NCBI GenBank assembly: GCA_977020255.1
Contig: CDROCS010006288.1
Span: forward strand, 1-64,000
Length of the DNA: 64,000 nt
Source: Obrimoposthia wandeli
Taxonomy: Eukaryota
Reading direction: 5' to 3'
Shown here: in pieces, positions 30,947 to 42,230 of the stretch
Layout: each line of letters starts with the position of its first letter
Numbering within the stretch: position 1 is the first letter of the stretch
Notes under the pieces: generated by a model
The model's input: the letters and a program-made list of their open reading frames with translations, nothing else
The model's database searches: none
Told to the model about the DNA's origin: nothing
Position numbers and translations under genes: made by a program

Positions 30947-30986
30947 AAAAGCCTGATAACTGATACCTAAGTTATCAGGCTTTTTT
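30947..30986 (+). terminator. trxA terminator
   Basis: aaaagcctgataact…agttatcaggctttttt. Confidence 0.85.
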
Positions 30987-31182
30987 GTTTTTAGTTGATA
31001 GAATATTTACTTACATTTTTATTCTGGCTTTACCTAATCAAATTTTAGTGCTAAATTTACCACCTGAGTACAAAATAACATCGCTTTATCATCTCTATTC
31101 TCATTATAAATAATATTGAAAACATACTAGTGTCGGCAATCGCCAAAGGCACTGTCACTTAAAATAGTTTAAGAAACCCCCT

Positions 31183-32442
31183 ATGAACCTTACCGAACTG
31201 AAAGAAAAATCCATTAATGAATTGGTTGAGCTTGCCGCGACAATGAAGCTTGAAAACCTTGCTAGAACACGCAAACAAGACATAATTTTTGCTATTTTAA
31301 AAGCACATGCTGAAGGCGATAATGATATTTTCGGCGGCGGTGTTTTAGAGATTTTACAAGATGGTTTTGGCTTCTTACGCTCTGCAGATTCTTCATACTT
31401 AGCAGGCCCTGATGATATTTATGTATCACCAAGCCAGATTCGCCGCTTTAGTATGCGAACGGGTGATACTATTCAAGGGAAGATTCGCTCACCGAAAAAA
31501 GGTGAACGTTACTTTGCCTTATTAAAAGTGACTGAAGTTAACTTTGATCGTCCTGAAAACACACGTAATAAGATTTTATTTGAAAACCTAACGCCTATTC
31601 ACCCAACCGATCGTTTTTCGTTGGCGCGTGGTAATGGTTCAACAGAAGATATAACGGCACGAATATTAGATTTAGCATCACCAATTGGTAAAGGGCAACG
31701 TGGTTTAATCGTTGCACCACCTAAAGCCGGTAAAACGCTATTATTACAAAACATTGCTCAAAGTATTGCACACAATAATCCTGACGCAGAGTTAATGGTA
31801 TTGTTGATCGATGAACGTCCGGAAGAAGTTACAGAAATGCAACGCCTTGTAAAAGGTGAAGTTATTGCTTCAACATTCGATGAACCAGCAAGTCGTCATG
31901 TTCAAGTCGCTGAAATGGTCATAGAAAAAGCTAAGCGTTTAGTTGAACATAAAAAAGATGTTGTTATCTTACTAGATTCAATCACTCGATTAGCACGTGC
32001 GTACAACACGGTTATTCCATCATCAGGTAAAATATTAACCGGTGGTGTTGATGCCAATGCTTTACACCGTCCAAAACGCTTCTTTGGTGCTGCGCGTAAT
32101 ATTGAAGAAGGTGGTAGCTTAACTATTATAGCAACTGCACTTGTTGATACTGGCTCTAAAATGGATGAAGTTATCTACGAAGAGTTTAAAGGTACGGGTA
32201 ACATGGAACTACATTTATCACGCAAAATTGCTGAAAAACGTGTTTTCCCTGCTATTCACTTTAACCGCAGCGGTACTCGTCGTGAAGAGCTTATTACTAA
32301 GCCTGATGAATTACAAAAAATGTGGATTTTACGTAAAATCGTTCATGAAATGGATGAAATAGGTGCGATTGAATTCCTAATCGACAAACTTGCAATGACC
32401 AAAACCAATGATGAGTTTTTTGATTCAATGAAGCGTAAATAA
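31183..32442 (+). CDS. rho: Transcription termination factor Rho
   Basis: [29 protein letters not shown]. Confidence 0.99.
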   Translation: MNLTELKEKSINELVELAATMKLENLARTRKQDIIFAILKAHAEGDNDIFGGGVLEILQDGFGFLRSADSSYLAGPDDIYVSPSQIRRFSMRTGDTIQGKIRSPKKGERYFALLKVTEVNFDRPENTRNKILFENLTPIHPTDRFSLARGNGSTEDITARILDLASPIGKGQRGLIVAPPKAGKTLLLQNIAQSIAHNNPDAELMVLLIDERPEEVTEMQRLVKGEVIASTFDEPASRHVQVAEMVIEKAKRLVEHKKDVVILLDSITRLARAYNTVIPSSGKILTGGVDANALHRPKRFFGAARNIEEGGSLTIIATALVDTGSKMDEVIYEEFKGTGNMELHLSRKIAEKRVFPAIHFNRSGTRREELITKPDELQKMWILRKIVHEMDEIGAIEFLIDKLAMTKTNDEFFDSMKRK

Positions 32443-32474
32443 TCGCGACATTAATTGCATAACTTTAATTGATG

Positions 32475-32501
32475 AAAACCAGTCTAATGACTGGTTTTTT
32501 T
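32475..32501 (+). terminator. rho terminator
   Basis: aaaaccagtc-taat-gactggttttttt. Confidence 0.8.
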
Positions 32502-32531
32502 ATTTAATCTTACCTCCAATTGGTAACTTGT

Positions 32532-34013
32532 ATGAAATATAGTGATTTAAGAGACTTTATCAGTCAGCTTGAAAAAATAGGCCAACTTAAACGTATTACT
32601 CAGCCTATATCTACTCATTTAACAATGACAGAAATCAGTGATAGAACATTAAGAGCAAAAGGACCGGCATTACTTTTTGAAAATGCAGTAAATGAAAGTG
32701 GCGAACCATACGATATGCCAGTCCTAACCAACCTTTTTGGCACCCCTGACAGAGTTGCTTTAGCTATGGGACAAAAAGATGTTGGTGCTTTACGCGATGT
32801 TGGCAAGTTATTAGCTATGTTAAAAGAGCCTGAACCGCCAAAAGGTTTTCGTGATGCTTTAGGTAAAATACCTGTATATAAGCAAGTGTTGAATATGCCG
32901 GTGAAAGTTATTAAAAAACCGTTATGCCAGCAAATCGTGCTTTCAGGTGATGACGTCGATTTGACTAAAATGCCGATACAAAGTTGTTGGCCTGGCGATG
33001 TAGCACCATTGATCACTTGGGGGTTAACGGTTACTAAAGGACCACACAAAGAACGTCAAAATTTAGGTATATATCGTCAACAAGTACTGAGTAAAAATAA
33101 AGTCATTATGCGCTGGTTATCACATCGTGGTGGAGCCCTTGATTTTCAAGAATTTAAAAAAGAAAATCCAGGTGAAAAATACCCTGTCTCCGTTGCTTTA
33201 GGTGCAGATCCGGCCACAATTTTAGGTGCAGTAACACCGGTACCAGATACGCTGTCTGAATATGCTTTCGCGGGTTTATTACGTGGAGCCAAAACCGAAG
33301 TAGCTAAATCAATAAGTAATGACTTAGAAGTTCCAGCTACAGCAGAAATCATTTTAGAAGGGTATTTAGATCCTGAAGAAATGGCACCAGAAGGACCTTA
33401 TGGTGATCATACGGGTTATTACAATGAGGTAGATAACTTTCCTGTTATGACAGTAACGCATATCACTATGCGCAAAGATGCTATCTACCACAGTACCTAT
33501 ACCGGCAGGCCGCCTGATGAACCAGCAATTTTGGGTGTTGCCCTTAATGAAGTATTTGTACCTATTTTACAAAAGCAATTTCCTGAAATTCAAGACTTCT
33601 ATTTACCGCCTGAAGGGTGTTCTTATCGTCTAGCTGTCGTGACTATTAAAAAGCAATATGCGGGTCATGCCAAGCGAGTAATGATGGGCGTATGGTCATT
33701 TTTACGACAATTCATGTATACCAAGTTTGTGATAGTATGTGATGATGATATTAATGCCAGAGACTGGGAAGATGTCATATGGGCAATGACAACACGTATG
33801 GATCCGAGTCGTGATACTGTTTTGATAGAAAACACCCCAATTGATTATCTTGATTTTGCATCACCTGTGTCTGGTTTAGGTTCTAAAATGGGCATGGATG
33901 CGACCAATAAATGGCCTGGTGAAACAAATCGAGAGTGGGGCGAACCCATTGAGATGACGCAGGAAATAAAAAACCAAGTTGATGAACTGTGGGATGAATT
34001 AGATATTTTATAA
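32532..34013 (+). CDS. ubiD: 4-hydroxy-3-polyprenylbenzoate decarboxylase
   Basis: [33 protein letters not shown]; precedes fre. Confidence 0.97.
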   Translation: MKYSDLRDFISQLEKIGQLKRITQPISTHLTMTEISDRTLRAKGPALLFENAVNESGEPYDMPVLTNLFGTPDRVALAMGQKDVGALRDVGKLLAMLKEPEPPKGFRDALGKIPVYKQVLNMPVKVIKKPLCQQIVLSGDDVDLTKMPIQSCWPGDVAPLITWGLTVTKGPHKERQNLGIYRQQVLSKNKVIMRWLSHRGGALDFQEFKKENPGEKYPVSVALGADPATILGAVTPVPDTLSEYAFAGLLRGAKTEVAKSISNDLEVPATAEIILEGYLDPEEMAPEGPYGDHTGYYNEVDNFPVMTVTHITMRKDAIYHSTYTGRPPDEPAILGVALNEVFVPILQKQFPEIQDFYLPPEGCSYRLAVVTIKKQYAGHAKRVMMGVWSFLRQFMYTKFVIVCDDDINARDWEDVIWAMTTRMDPSRDTVLIENTPIDYLDFASPVSGLGSKMGMDATNKWPGETNREWGEPIEMTQEIKNQVDELWDELDIL

Positions 34014-34023
34014 AATTGCTAAT

Positions 34024-34114
34024 AATACCCGTCATCATCAAGATACAAGTTTTAGAGTGTTCGAGCTATCTCAAATATCACTGAAATCCTGCATTTTGTT
34101 TGGTAACGGGTATA
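34024..34114. mobile_element. 91-bp internally deleted MITE derivative (family A ends)
   Basis: aatacccgtcatcatcaagatacaag…cctgcattttgtttggtaacgggtata. Confidence 0.65.
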
Positions 34115-34210
34115 TAATTAATTACACTAGCAATTTTAGCTTATTACCTCTTGGCACAATGAATTTGTTTGCTGACGAGAAATCACCAATAAAGTAGAAA
34201 AGGTTAAAAA

Positions 34211-34927
34211 ATGAAAACAGTTAGTTGTCAAATACAGTCGTTATCATCGTTAACGCCTCATGTGTATAAAGTATTATTAAAGCCCGATGAAAAAGTTGAC
34301 TTTATTGCTGGCCAATATTTGAACTTTGTTATGAGTGATGAGGATAAACGTCCGTTTTCAATTGCTAGCTCACCAAATAGTGAGGTAATTGAATTGCAAA
34401 TTGGTGCTTTTGCTGCCGATAGTTATCCTATGCAGGTTATTGAGTGTATTAAAGCTAGCCACGCGAGTGGTGAGAAGGTAACCATTGAAATTCCTTTAGG
34501 CCATGCGCAATTGCGCACTGAAAGCGAACGACCGTTATTATTACTTGCGGGTGGAACTGGGTTTTCGTATATCAAATCCATGTTTGAGTATTTAGCAGAG
34601 CAAAAATCGCAGCGTCATATCATGGTCTATTGGGGATTACGTGAAGAAAGCGCGGTGTATGAGCTCGAAAAAACTATTGCCACTATTGCCAAGCTTCCTC
34701 ATGCCAACTTTATTCCCGTTATTGAAAATACCGATGGGAGTGAGAATTCATGGCAAGGTAAAACGGGCTTAGTTCATCAAGCCGCTATGCATGATATTGT
34801 AAGTTTTGAACCTTACGATATTTATTTGGCAGGCCGTTTTGATATGGTTGGTGCTATTCGTAGTGATTTTGTTGAACATGGCGCATTGTTAGAGCATATG
34901 TATGCAGATGCCTTTGCTTTCATTTAA
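34211..34927 (+). CDS. fre: NAD(P)H-flavin reductase
   Basis: AGQYL, RPFSIAS, AGGTGFS, YLAGRFDM; ubiD-fre synteny. Confidence 0.93.
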   Translation: MKTVSCQIQSLSSLTPHVYKVLLKPDEKVDFIAGQYLNFVMSDEDKRPFSIASSPNSEVIELQIGAFAADSYPMQVIECIKASHASGEKVTIEIPLGHAQLRTESERPLLLLAGGTGFSYIKSMFEYLAEQKSQRHIMVYWGLREESAVYELEKTIATIAKLPHANFIPVIENTDGSENSWQGKTGLVHQAAMHDIVSFEPYDIYLAGRFDMVGAIRSDFVEHGALLEHMYADAFAFI

Positions 34928-34942
34928 CAATTAAAAGTCAAT

Positions 34943-34983
34943 AAAAAAGCACATCAATGAGTTGTCATTGATGTGCTTTTTTT
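34943..34983. terminator. Bidirectional terminator
   Basis: aaaaaagcacatcaatga-gttg-tcattgatgtgctttttt. Confidence 0.85.
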
Positions 34984-35041
34984 ATATTTAAAATATAGAG
35001 TTAGTAAGAGTAACTCTATTGAAATAAGTTAGGTAAATTTA

Positions 35042-35701
35042 TTAACCTTGCTTAAATCCAGCTTCAGTTAAACTTAGCTGGGCGATTGCAATAACGGCTT
35101 GTGTGCGATTGCGGACGTCTAGTTTTCTAAAAATAGCGGTAGCATGTGCTTTAATTGTTGCCTCAGATACATTTAAATCATAAGCAATTTGTTTGTTTAG
35201 CATGCCTTGAGCGAACATCATTAAGATACGATATTGCTGCTGAGTTAAACTGGCAACACGTTCTGCAATGTCGCCGTCACTATTATCTCTTTGTTTTTGT
35301 TCAAAAGAATCAGGTAACCAGGTACCTCCTGATAACACAGCAACAATAGCTGAATAAATGTCATCAACAGGCGTTGATTTTGGCACAAAACCAGCAGCAC
35401 CATAGGACATTGCTTTGCTTATGGTGACATGATCTTCATGAGCGGATACGATAACAACAGGAATTTGAGGGAAGTGATTACGTACATGGATTAGGGTATT
35501 AAAGCCATGAGCGCCAGGAATATTTAAATCCAGTAACAGCAAGTCACTATCATTATTATTGCTAAGTTGTTGCTCAAGCTCTTCAATTGTCTGCGCTTCA
35601 AGCCATACTGTATAAGTTAGCTTAGCTTTTAATGTCCCTAATAAAGCTTGTCTAAATAAGGGATGATCGTCAGCTATTATTATTTTTTCTGGCTGAATCA
35701 T
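35042..35701 (-). CDS. NarL/LuxR-family response regulator (ErdR/CrbR-like)
   Basis: IADDHPLFR, LLLLDL phospho-Asp, FVPKS, NKQIAYDLNVSEATIKAH HTH; no cognate kinase in the window. Confidence 0.9.
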   Translation of the reverse strand: MIQPEKIIIADDHPLFRQALLGTLKAKLTYTVWLEAQTIEELEQQLSNNNDSDLLLLDLNIPGAHGFNTLIHVRNHFPQIPVVIVSAHEDHVTISKAMSYGAAGFVPKSTPVDDIYSAIVAVLSGGTWLPDSFEQKQRDNSDGDIAERVASLTQQQYRILMMFAQGMLNKQIAYDLNVSEATIKAHATAIFRKLDVRNRTQAVIAIAQLSLTEAGFKQG

Positions 35702-36002
35702 AACAAGTATCCTAAGGAGTGATTAATCCATTCTAACGGAAAAAATTTTAATAACAAAGCATAGTTGTGAATAGTTAGTATAGGGTGCTAAAGGATAATA
35801 CGGTAATACTTCTTATTAACTTGTGTGCCGTTGATAATGCTCAGGGTTGTTGATCTTAAAGTATTAAAATTTATTCAATTTAAAGCGGCATTAATAGAGA
35901 AAATTAGTAACGGCCAAATTCTTGCTGCATCGTTAATCTAAATTGAAATGGTAAAGTCGCTTTAAATGAACTTATAGGGCAATTTTTATTGAAAGGAACA
36001 CT

Positions 36003-36116
36003 ATGTATCGAAAAATTCATTTAGCATGCTTAATGAAGCGAATTGAAGATATTAGAGATGCACTAGAACACTTGGATGACTATTTTTATATTAGGAGAAG
36101 AGTAATAGTACTTTGA
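36003..36116 (+). CDS. Candidate 37-aa small protein
   Basis: AAAGGAA RBS, then ATG: MYRKIHLACLMKRIEDIRDALEHLDDYFYIRRRVIVL*; no homology recognised. Confidence 0.3.
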   Translation: MYRKIHLACLMKRIEDIRDALEHLDDYFYIRRRVIVL

Positions 36117-36251
36117 GGGATTATTGATTACTGCTAAGTAAAATATAGCGCTAGAAAGAGACCGAAATTACTTTGTCAGGTAAAAATTAGGTAGTCAACT
36201 TAACATTAGAAACTGATAGCCTAGACTAACAGTTTCTAATTTATTGGTATT

Positions 36252-37715
36252 TTATTTTCTTGGGATGTTCGCTAATACAGCAATTAATAATTGCCAATAT
36301 TGCTCAACAGTCGCAATTTCAATTTTTTCGTCTGGCGAATGAGGGAACTTAATCGTTGGCCCAATAGACACCATATCCCAATGTGGATACGCTGTTTTGA
36401 ATAAGCCACATTCTAAGCCGGCATGAATTACCATTACCGCGGGTACTTTATTAAATATGCTTTGGTAAGTATCTCGAACCGTCTGCATAATGGCAGAGTC
36501 AGGATTAGGCTTCCAGCCTGGGTAAGCGCCTGAAAAAACAACGTTAGCACCGGCAAGTTCAAAAACAGACTGCACCATTCGTTGAGTTTCTAAACGACCA
36601 TCGTCATGCAAGCTACGTATTAACACCATGGCATTAAGTTTGTTGCCACGAGTATGAATTACGCCTAAGTTTAGTGATGTTTCTACAATGCCTTCAATAT
36701 CATCACTCATTCGAATGACACCATTAGGACAAGCATTTATCGCACGTAGAATTGAAGCTTGCGTGGCTTTTGTCCAACACTGATCAAAGTCTTCAGGTGA
36801 AATTAATAACATATCGATATCAGTTTCAATTGCACCTAAATTAGTACTAATAGTTGAGAGATAATCTGCCAAAGCTATCTTTAATGCCTCGACTTTATCT
36901 TTTGCAACAACAAAACTAGCGTTAGCTTCTCGAGGGATAGCATTACGTAAACTGCCACCATTTAGCTCAGTAAGGCTGATATCAAAATCAATGCTAGCAC
37001 TTAATAAAAATCGTACTAATAACTTGTTAGCATTTGCACGCCCAGTATGAATATCGACACCAGAATGGCCACCTTTTAGGCCTGAGATAGATAAGTTAAA
37101 AGCTTGGATATCGCTAGGAACATCTTCAAATGTTAGCGCGAAAGTGGCATTACCATCAATACCACCAGCACAGCCCATGTAAACCTCACCTTCTTGTTCT
37201 GAATCGGTGTTAATTAAGATATCACCATCAAGCCATCCAGCTTCTAGGCCAAAAGCGCCAGTCATTCCCGCTTCTTCATCAATGGTTACTAGTACCTCTA
37301 ACGGTCCATGTGGAATATCATCACTGGCTAAAATCGCTAATGCTGAAGCTAAGCCGACACCATTATCTGCACCTAATGTTGTTCCTTCTGCCGTTACCCA
37401 ATCCCCAGAATCAATGACATAAGGTTTAATTGGATCGGTTATAAAATCATGGTCAGTGTCATTATTCTTCTGTGGCACCATATCCATATGAGCTTGTAAA
37501 ATTATGCCTTTACGGTCTTCCATACCAGCGGTTGCTGGTTTTTTAATAAATAAATTGCCAACAGCATCTTCTTTAATGGTCAAGCCAAGTTCTTTAGCCC
37601 AATCTTGGATCCATAACGATATCTTTTGCTCATGCTTAGACGGGTGTGGAATACTGCATATTTTTTCAAATAATTGCCATAAGCTGGCAGGTTTTAACTG
37701 TGAGAGAGTACTCAT
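36252..37715 (-). CDS. pepD: Aminoacyl-histidine dipeptidase (M20C)
   Basis: QAHMDMV, LGADNG, DEEAGM, DSE, HAGLE, HSPDE; start at ATG 37715 with RBS. Confidence 0.95.
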   Translation of the reverse strand: MSTLSQLKPASLWQLFEKICSIPHPSKHEQKISLWIQDWAKELGLTIKEDAVGNLFIKKPATAGMEDRKGIILQAHMDMVPQKNNDTDHDFITDPIKPYVIDSGDWVTAEGTTLGADNGVGLASALAILASDDIPHGPLEVLVTIDEEAGMTGAFGLEAGWLDGDILINTDSEQEGEVYMGCAGGIDGNATFALTFEDVPSDIQAFNLSISGLKGGHSGVDIHTGRANANKLLVRFLLSASIDFDISLTELNGGSLRNAIPREANASFVVAKDKVEALKIALADYLSTISTNLGAIETDIDMLLISPEDFDQCWTKATQASILRAINACPNGVIRMSDDIEGIVETSLNLGVIHTRGNKLNAMVLIRSLHDDGRLETQRMVQSVFELAGANVVFSGAYPGWKPNPDSAIMQTVRDTYQSIFNKVPAVMVIHAGLECGLFKTAYPHWDMVSIGPTIKFPHSPDEKIEIATVEQYWQLLIAVLANIPRK

Positions 37716-37802
37716 CGTTTTCCTCAAGAAATTGTAATTTTTGTTACTATAAGCAGTATAGGTGATCGCTGCTTATATTAGATGATGACAGTGTTATTGT
37801 GA

Positions 37803-38399
37803 TTACTTGTTGGCCATTAAAAACTGCCATTGTTCATTAAAGTCAGTACTTGGCTTTTTACTGTAGCCGGATCGAACGTATTGACTGATTTTACCTTCAG
37901 CGAACGAGACTAATAGGCTAGCTAAAGCTGCTTCATTAATCGTAAAGGTTTTACCTTCACGTAATTTTCGTTCTCTTAATACTTGTTTAAATTGAGACTC
38001 TAGTTTTTCAAAAAATTGATGAACTCTGCCGCGTAAACGCTCATTTTCTCCCATTAATGCATCACCTGCTAATATTCGGCACATTCCAGGATTGCGCTCA
38101 GCAAAAACCACTAAAACATGCAATATGTGATGGCAACGTACTAACGCTTCTTTATGGTCCGTAAGAATCAAATTGATACGTGAAAAAATAGACTCTTCGA
38201 TAAAGTCGATTAAGCCTTCAAACATACGTGCTTTTGATGGGAAATGACGATACAGAGCCGCTTCTGAAAAACCGACTTCAGCTGCTAGCTTTGCGGTAGT
38301 GATACGCTGCCCAGGACAGTTCTGTAACATTAACGCTAAGGATTCTAATATTTGGTGTTTACGGTTTGGCTTCAGGTTTTTATTTTGTGTGGCGACCAT
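37803..38399 (-). CDS. slmA: Nucleoid occlusion factor SlmA
   Basis: [33 protein letters not shown]; downstream of coaBC. Confidence 0.96.
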   Translation of the reverse strand: MVATQNKNLKPNRKHQILESLALMLQNCPGQRITTAKLAAEVGFSEAALYRHFPSKARMFEGLIDFIEESIFSRINLILTDHKEALVRCHHILHVLVVFAERNPGMCRILAGDALMGENERLRGRVHQFFEKLESQFKQVLRERKLREGKTFTINEAALASLLVSFAEGKISQYVRSGYSKKPSTDFNEQWQFLMANK

Positions 38400-38477
38400 A
38401 TAAAAATATTCTCTACTGTTATTGTTCTATCCATCAAGCTTGTAAATCAACTTGTTCTAAAGGTAAATATAATTACC

Positions 38478-39689
38478 TTATTTCTCGGTGTTTTTAGCTA
38501 AATAATGTTGATTGATTAATGAAACTAGCTGTTTAGCAACTATTTGCTTATTAGCTAGAGGAATTTCAATTTTATCAATCGCACTATAGAGGGTTAAAGC
38601 ATTATCATCACTATTAAAACCTTGTCCTGCTTTAGCAACATCATTAGCGGCGATTAAATCTAAGTTTTTACGCATTAACTTACCGCGTGCATAGTGTTCA
38701 ACGTTTTGTGTTTCTGCCGCAAAGCCAACGATAAAAGGTTTATTGGCTAAATTTGCTACATCCGCAACGATATCATGGTTCTTGATGAGCGAAATTTGCA
38801 TGCGTTCGTTATCTTTTTTGATCTTCTCATCGGCAATATTAGCAACTCTATAATCAGCTACTGCTGCGCAGGCTACAAAGGTAGTAGCTTTTGGAACATA
38901 AGTTAGCGCTTGTTGATGCATTTGTTCGGCACTAGTCACTTGGATAAGCTCACAACCTGCGGGAGCAGGTATATTTACGGGACCAGAAATTAACGTCACC
39001 TGAGCGCCAGCACGTAATGCGGCATGAGCAATGGCATAGCCCATTTTTCCTGAACTATGATTCGATATATAACGCACCGGATCTATCGCTTCACGTGTTG
39101 GTCCAGCGGTAATCACCCAATGTTGGTCTTGCAAATATTTGTCGACAAAAAAATCGCTGCTAAGAGTAACTAATTCATTAACGTCTAACATGCGACCTAA
39201 ACCGATATCACCACAAGCCTGTTCGCCAGCACCAGGGCCCCAAATATGGAATCCCCACTGCTTTAATGTGCCGATGTTAACTTGTGTTGCTTTGGCATGC
39301 CACATTTGCTGATTCATTGCAGGGGCAATAGCAATTGGCGCACTAGTTGCTAAGCATAATGTTGAGAGTAAATCATTAGCCATACCCGCGGTAATACGAG
39401 CAATAATATCCGCAGTGGCTGGAGCGATAATAATTAAATCAGCCCATTTAGCCAATTCTATATGGCCCATGGCAAGTTCGGCTTGGCTATCTAATAAGCT
39501 ATCAGAAACATGGTTACCCGACACCGCTTGAAGCGTTAATGGCGTGATAAAGGCTTTTGCACCTTCGGTCATAACTACGCGTACATCTGCGCCATGATCT
39601 TTAAGTCGTCGCACTAATTCTGGTGTTTTGTAGGCAGCGATACCACCTGTAATACCCAGTACTATTTTTTTGTCCTGAAGAATTTGCAT
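38478..39689 (-). CDS. coaBC: Phosphopantothenoylcysteine decarboxylase/ligase
   Basis: [31 protein letters not shown]. Confidence 0.97.
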   Translation of the reverse strand: MQILQDKKIVLGITGGIAAYKTPELVRRLKDHGADVRVVMTEGAKAFITPLTLQAVSGNHVSDSLLDSQAELAMGHIELAKWADLIIIAPATADIIARITAGMANDLLSTLCLATSAPIAIAPAMNQQMWHAKATQVNIGTLKQWGFHIWGPGAGEQACGDIGLGRMLDVNELVTLSSDFFVDKYLQDQHWVITAGPTREAIDPVRYISNHSSGKMGYAIAHAALRAGAQVTLISGPVNIPAPAGCELIQVTSAEQMHQQALTYVPKATTFVACAAVADYRVANIADEKIKKDNERMQISLIKNHDIVADVANLANKPFIVGFAAETQNVEHYARGKLMRKNLDLIAANDVAKAGQGFNSDDNALTLYSAIDKIEIPLANKQIVAKQLVSLINQHYLAKNTEK

Positions 39690-39823
39690 AAGCTGCTAAT
39701 ATTAAAGTAAACAATATGGTCAATAAGATAACATTTATTGCCTTTATTTAGAAATAAGAGTTGCTAAATAAACAAAATCTCCAAGTGATAATAAATACAA
39801 AAATGTAAAGCAAGGATGCACTT

Positions 39824-40561
39824 ATGTTAAAAGAATCAAGGTTCAAGGAATCCCCACTAAATGAATCACCGATTAAAAATAACTCCTTAAAAAACTGGCC
39901 GGAAATGGAAAGGCCACGAGAGAAATTAGTCAGTTTAGGTTCGTCAAGTTTAAGTGATGCTGAGTTGTTGGCCATATTTCTTCGCACAGGAGTAAGAGGG
40001 TGTAATGTAGTCGATCTAGCGAGGCAACTATTGACTAGTTTCGGTAGTCTGAGTGCTATATTTTCGGCAAGCCAAGAAGATTTCTGCGCAAGGCATGGAC
40101 TCGGGACGGCAAAGTATGTGCAATTACAAGCCTGTTTAGAAATGTCTAAACGTTATTTGGCAGAGACTATTAAAGAGACAGATTGTTCTTTAACTTCTTC
40201 ACAAGCCACAAGAGATTACTTACTCAGTGAGTTGCGCTTAGAAACTCGTGAAATATTTGCTGTGCTTTTTTTAGATAATCAGCATCGAGTATTAACATTT
40301 GAACGATTGTTTTTTGGTACCCTTAACGCCGCAGCAGTGTACCCTCGAATTGTGGTAGAACAAGTCCTAAAACATCATGCGGCAGCGGTAATTTTAACTC
40401 ATAATCATCCCTCTGGTGTCGCTGAGGCGAGTCTCGCCGACAAGCAAATAACAGATAAATTAATTCAAGCGCTACAATTGATTGATGTGCGTGTATTAGA
40501 TCATATTATTGTAGCAGGACATCAGTGTTATTCGTTTGCTGAGCATGGAGAGCTTATATAA
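39824..40561 (+). CDS. radC: RadC/YicR family JAB-domain protein
   Basis: [26 protein letters not shown]…D JAMM motif, LDHII. Confidence 0.93.
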   Translation: MLKESRFKESPLNESPIKNNSLKNWPEMERPREKLVSLGSSSLSDAELLAIFLRTGVRGCNVVDLARQLLTSFGSLSAIFSASQEDFCARHGLGTAKYVQLQACLEMSKRYLAETIKETDCSLTSSQATRDYLLSELRLETREIFAVLFLDNQHRVLTFERLFFGTLNAAAVYPRIVVEQVLKHHAAAVILTHNHPSGVAEASLADKQITDKLIQALQLIDVRVLDHIIVAGHQCYSFAEHGELI

Positions 40562-40581
40562 TTTTTTGTGATAAGTATAAA

Positions 40582-40603
40582 AACAGGCAGATAACAGGCA
40601 GAT
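40582..40603 (+). repeat. Perfect 11-bp tandem duplication upstream of PilZ gene
   Basis: aacaggcagat x2. Confidence 0.8.
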
Positions 40604-40692
40604 AGGTTGCTAAAAAGCTTAAAGGCAATTACTGTTAATAGAGCAAGTTAATAATATTAAAAGTAATAACTAAGAAAAATAAGGATTATCTG

Positions 40693-41004
40693 ATGACAGA
40701 AAGTAGTAGTGATGAGCCGGATCGTCGCCAATCATTTCGTTTAGATATGGAAAAAGAGTTAGTTGATATTATCTGGTCAGATGAACAAGGTAAAGAGCAC
40801 AGTAAGAAAATAGCTTGTCTTGATTTTTCTCGTGGTGGGTTAAAGATTGATTGTGATCAGCTTTTACCTTTGCAATCCCCAGTAACAATCGTGTTTAAAT
40901 CGGCTAGCGCCAGCAGTCAAAAACTTTATGGCAAAGTGTTGCGATGCATTAAGCAAGAAAATGGCTGGTATGAAGTTGCATTGACATTAGATCGCAATGA
41001 CTAG
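40693..41004 (+). CDS. Single-domain PilZ (c-di-GMP-binding) protein
   Basis: RxxxR (RRQSFR) and DxSxxG (DFSRGG) motifs. Confidence 0.85.
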   Translation: MTESSSDEPDRRQSFRLDMEKELVDIIWSDEQGKEHSKKIACLDFSRGGLKIDCDQLLPLQSPVTIVFKSASASSQKLYGKVLRCIKQENGWYEVALTLDRND

Positions 41005-41137
41005 TGTTACCAACAGAACTGATGCTTATATCAAGTGAAATAATAGTTCATTGAAATTGACCATAACTTGGTAAATCGTAGATTGCAGCTATAGCGCTGC
41101 AGCACGTTAATTTGATAGTAGTAAAGGATAAAAGGGT

Positions 41138-41806
41138 ATGATGATTTTAGTGGGTGGCGAAAAAGGTGGCAGTGGCAAAAGTTGTTTGGCACAGAATCTA
41201 GCCGTATATTTCGCCCGAAATAAGAAAGCAATTGTCTTAATGGTTGATTGTGATCCTCAAAGAACAACGTCTGATTGGATACAAGCAAGAAATGGTGACC
41301 CATCTCTACCCGCAATTAATTGTATTCAACTGTATGGAAAAATTCGTAATGACTTACTGAGTCTAGTGCAACACTATGATTATGTAATTGTCGATTGTGG
41401 TGGGCAAGATAACCTCGCCTTGCGAGCAGCTATGTCAGTTGCTGATCATGTAATTATCCCCTTAAGACCCAAAAGACGAGATTTAAAAACAGTGCCCCAT
41501 ATGGAAGATATGCTCAGTACTTGCAAAATGGTGAACCCGAAAATGATAGCTTCTTTTGTTATCACTCAATGCCCTTCATTACCAAACCAAATGGGTAGGA
41601 TACTTGAGGCAAAAGAGGTCTGCAGATCTTATGGGATTAATGTTTTAGATGCCATAACCTATAATCGTAATATTTATGATGATAGTGAAGAACAAGGTTC
41701 TTCTGTTATTGAATTAGACCCTACAGGTAAAGCTGCCCAAGAGATGTTCAATATTGCCGAGGAATTACTGGCGATGGAACCGGATAATTCTCATGAGTTT
41801 AACTGA
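41138..41806 (+). CDS. Short ParA-family ATPase (type Ib/ParF-like, no N-terminal HTH)
   Basis: Deviant Walker A KGGSGKS, A' VDCDPQ, Walker B VIVDCGG. Confidence 0.9.
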   Translation: MMILVGGEKGGSGKSCLAQNLAVYFARNKKAIVLMVDCDPQRTTSDWIQARNGDPSLPAINCIQLYGKIRNDLLSLVQHYDYVIVDCGGQDNLALRAAMSVADHVIIPLRPKRRDLKTVPHMEDMLSTCKMVNPKMIASFVITQCPSLPNQMGRILEAKEVCRSYGINVLDAITYNRNIYDDSEEQGSSVIELDPTGKAAQEMFNIAEELLAMEPDNSHEFN

Positions 41807-42230
41807 TTTAAAGAAAGGTAAAGCTAACAAAGCAAAAAAGAGAAACTTCACCATTGATGAGTTTATTTCCGATGCTGAAAATTACGCAAAAGGTGCGCCT
41901 GAAATTGTTAGCGAGTTAGCCAACAATGGACACGCGGGTCATAAACTTAATCTCAAACAAGCGATTAGTGAAGCTAAGCGTTATGTTGAAATGACTGAAA
42001 TAGAACACCAGCAAGCGGGAGAAGTCAAAGCAGGTGTTAGAGCTAGAGTTGTTAAACCTTTTAGGCGAGCAACATTTACGCTAAGTGAAGAAGCGATAGA
42101 ACAGTTACAAGGTTTATCTGAAGGATCAGACTTAGCTAAGTCACATATATTGCGTATTCTGATTGATGAATTGTGTAATAAAGAACAAAATGAACAATTG
42201 AAGAAATTATTGCAATCAGGAATCGGTTGA
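41793..42230 (+). CDS. ParA partner with C-terminal ribbon-helix-helix (CopG/ParG-like)
   Basis: Overlaps the parA stop; basic N-terminus then TIDEFISDAE; C-terminal RRATFTLSEEAIEQL…KSHILRILIDE beta-alpha-alpha pattern. Confidence 0.75.
   Translation: MSLTDLKKGKANKAKKRNFTIDEFISDAENYAKGAPEIVSELANNGHAGHKLNLKQAISEAKRYVEMTEIEHQQAGEVKAGVRARVVKPFRRATFTLSEEAIEQLQGLSEGSDLAKSHILRILIDELCNKEQNEQLKKLLQSGIG

Noticed and set aside
34151-34170. TTGGCAC as a sigma54 -24 element upstream of fre
   Set aside because: There is no TTGC at the required -12 spacing
40578-40605. Sigma28-like promoter (TAAA…GCAGATAG) before the PilZ gene
   Set aside because: The spacer is 16 rather than 15 nt and the -10 has two mismatches; it arises from the tandem duplication
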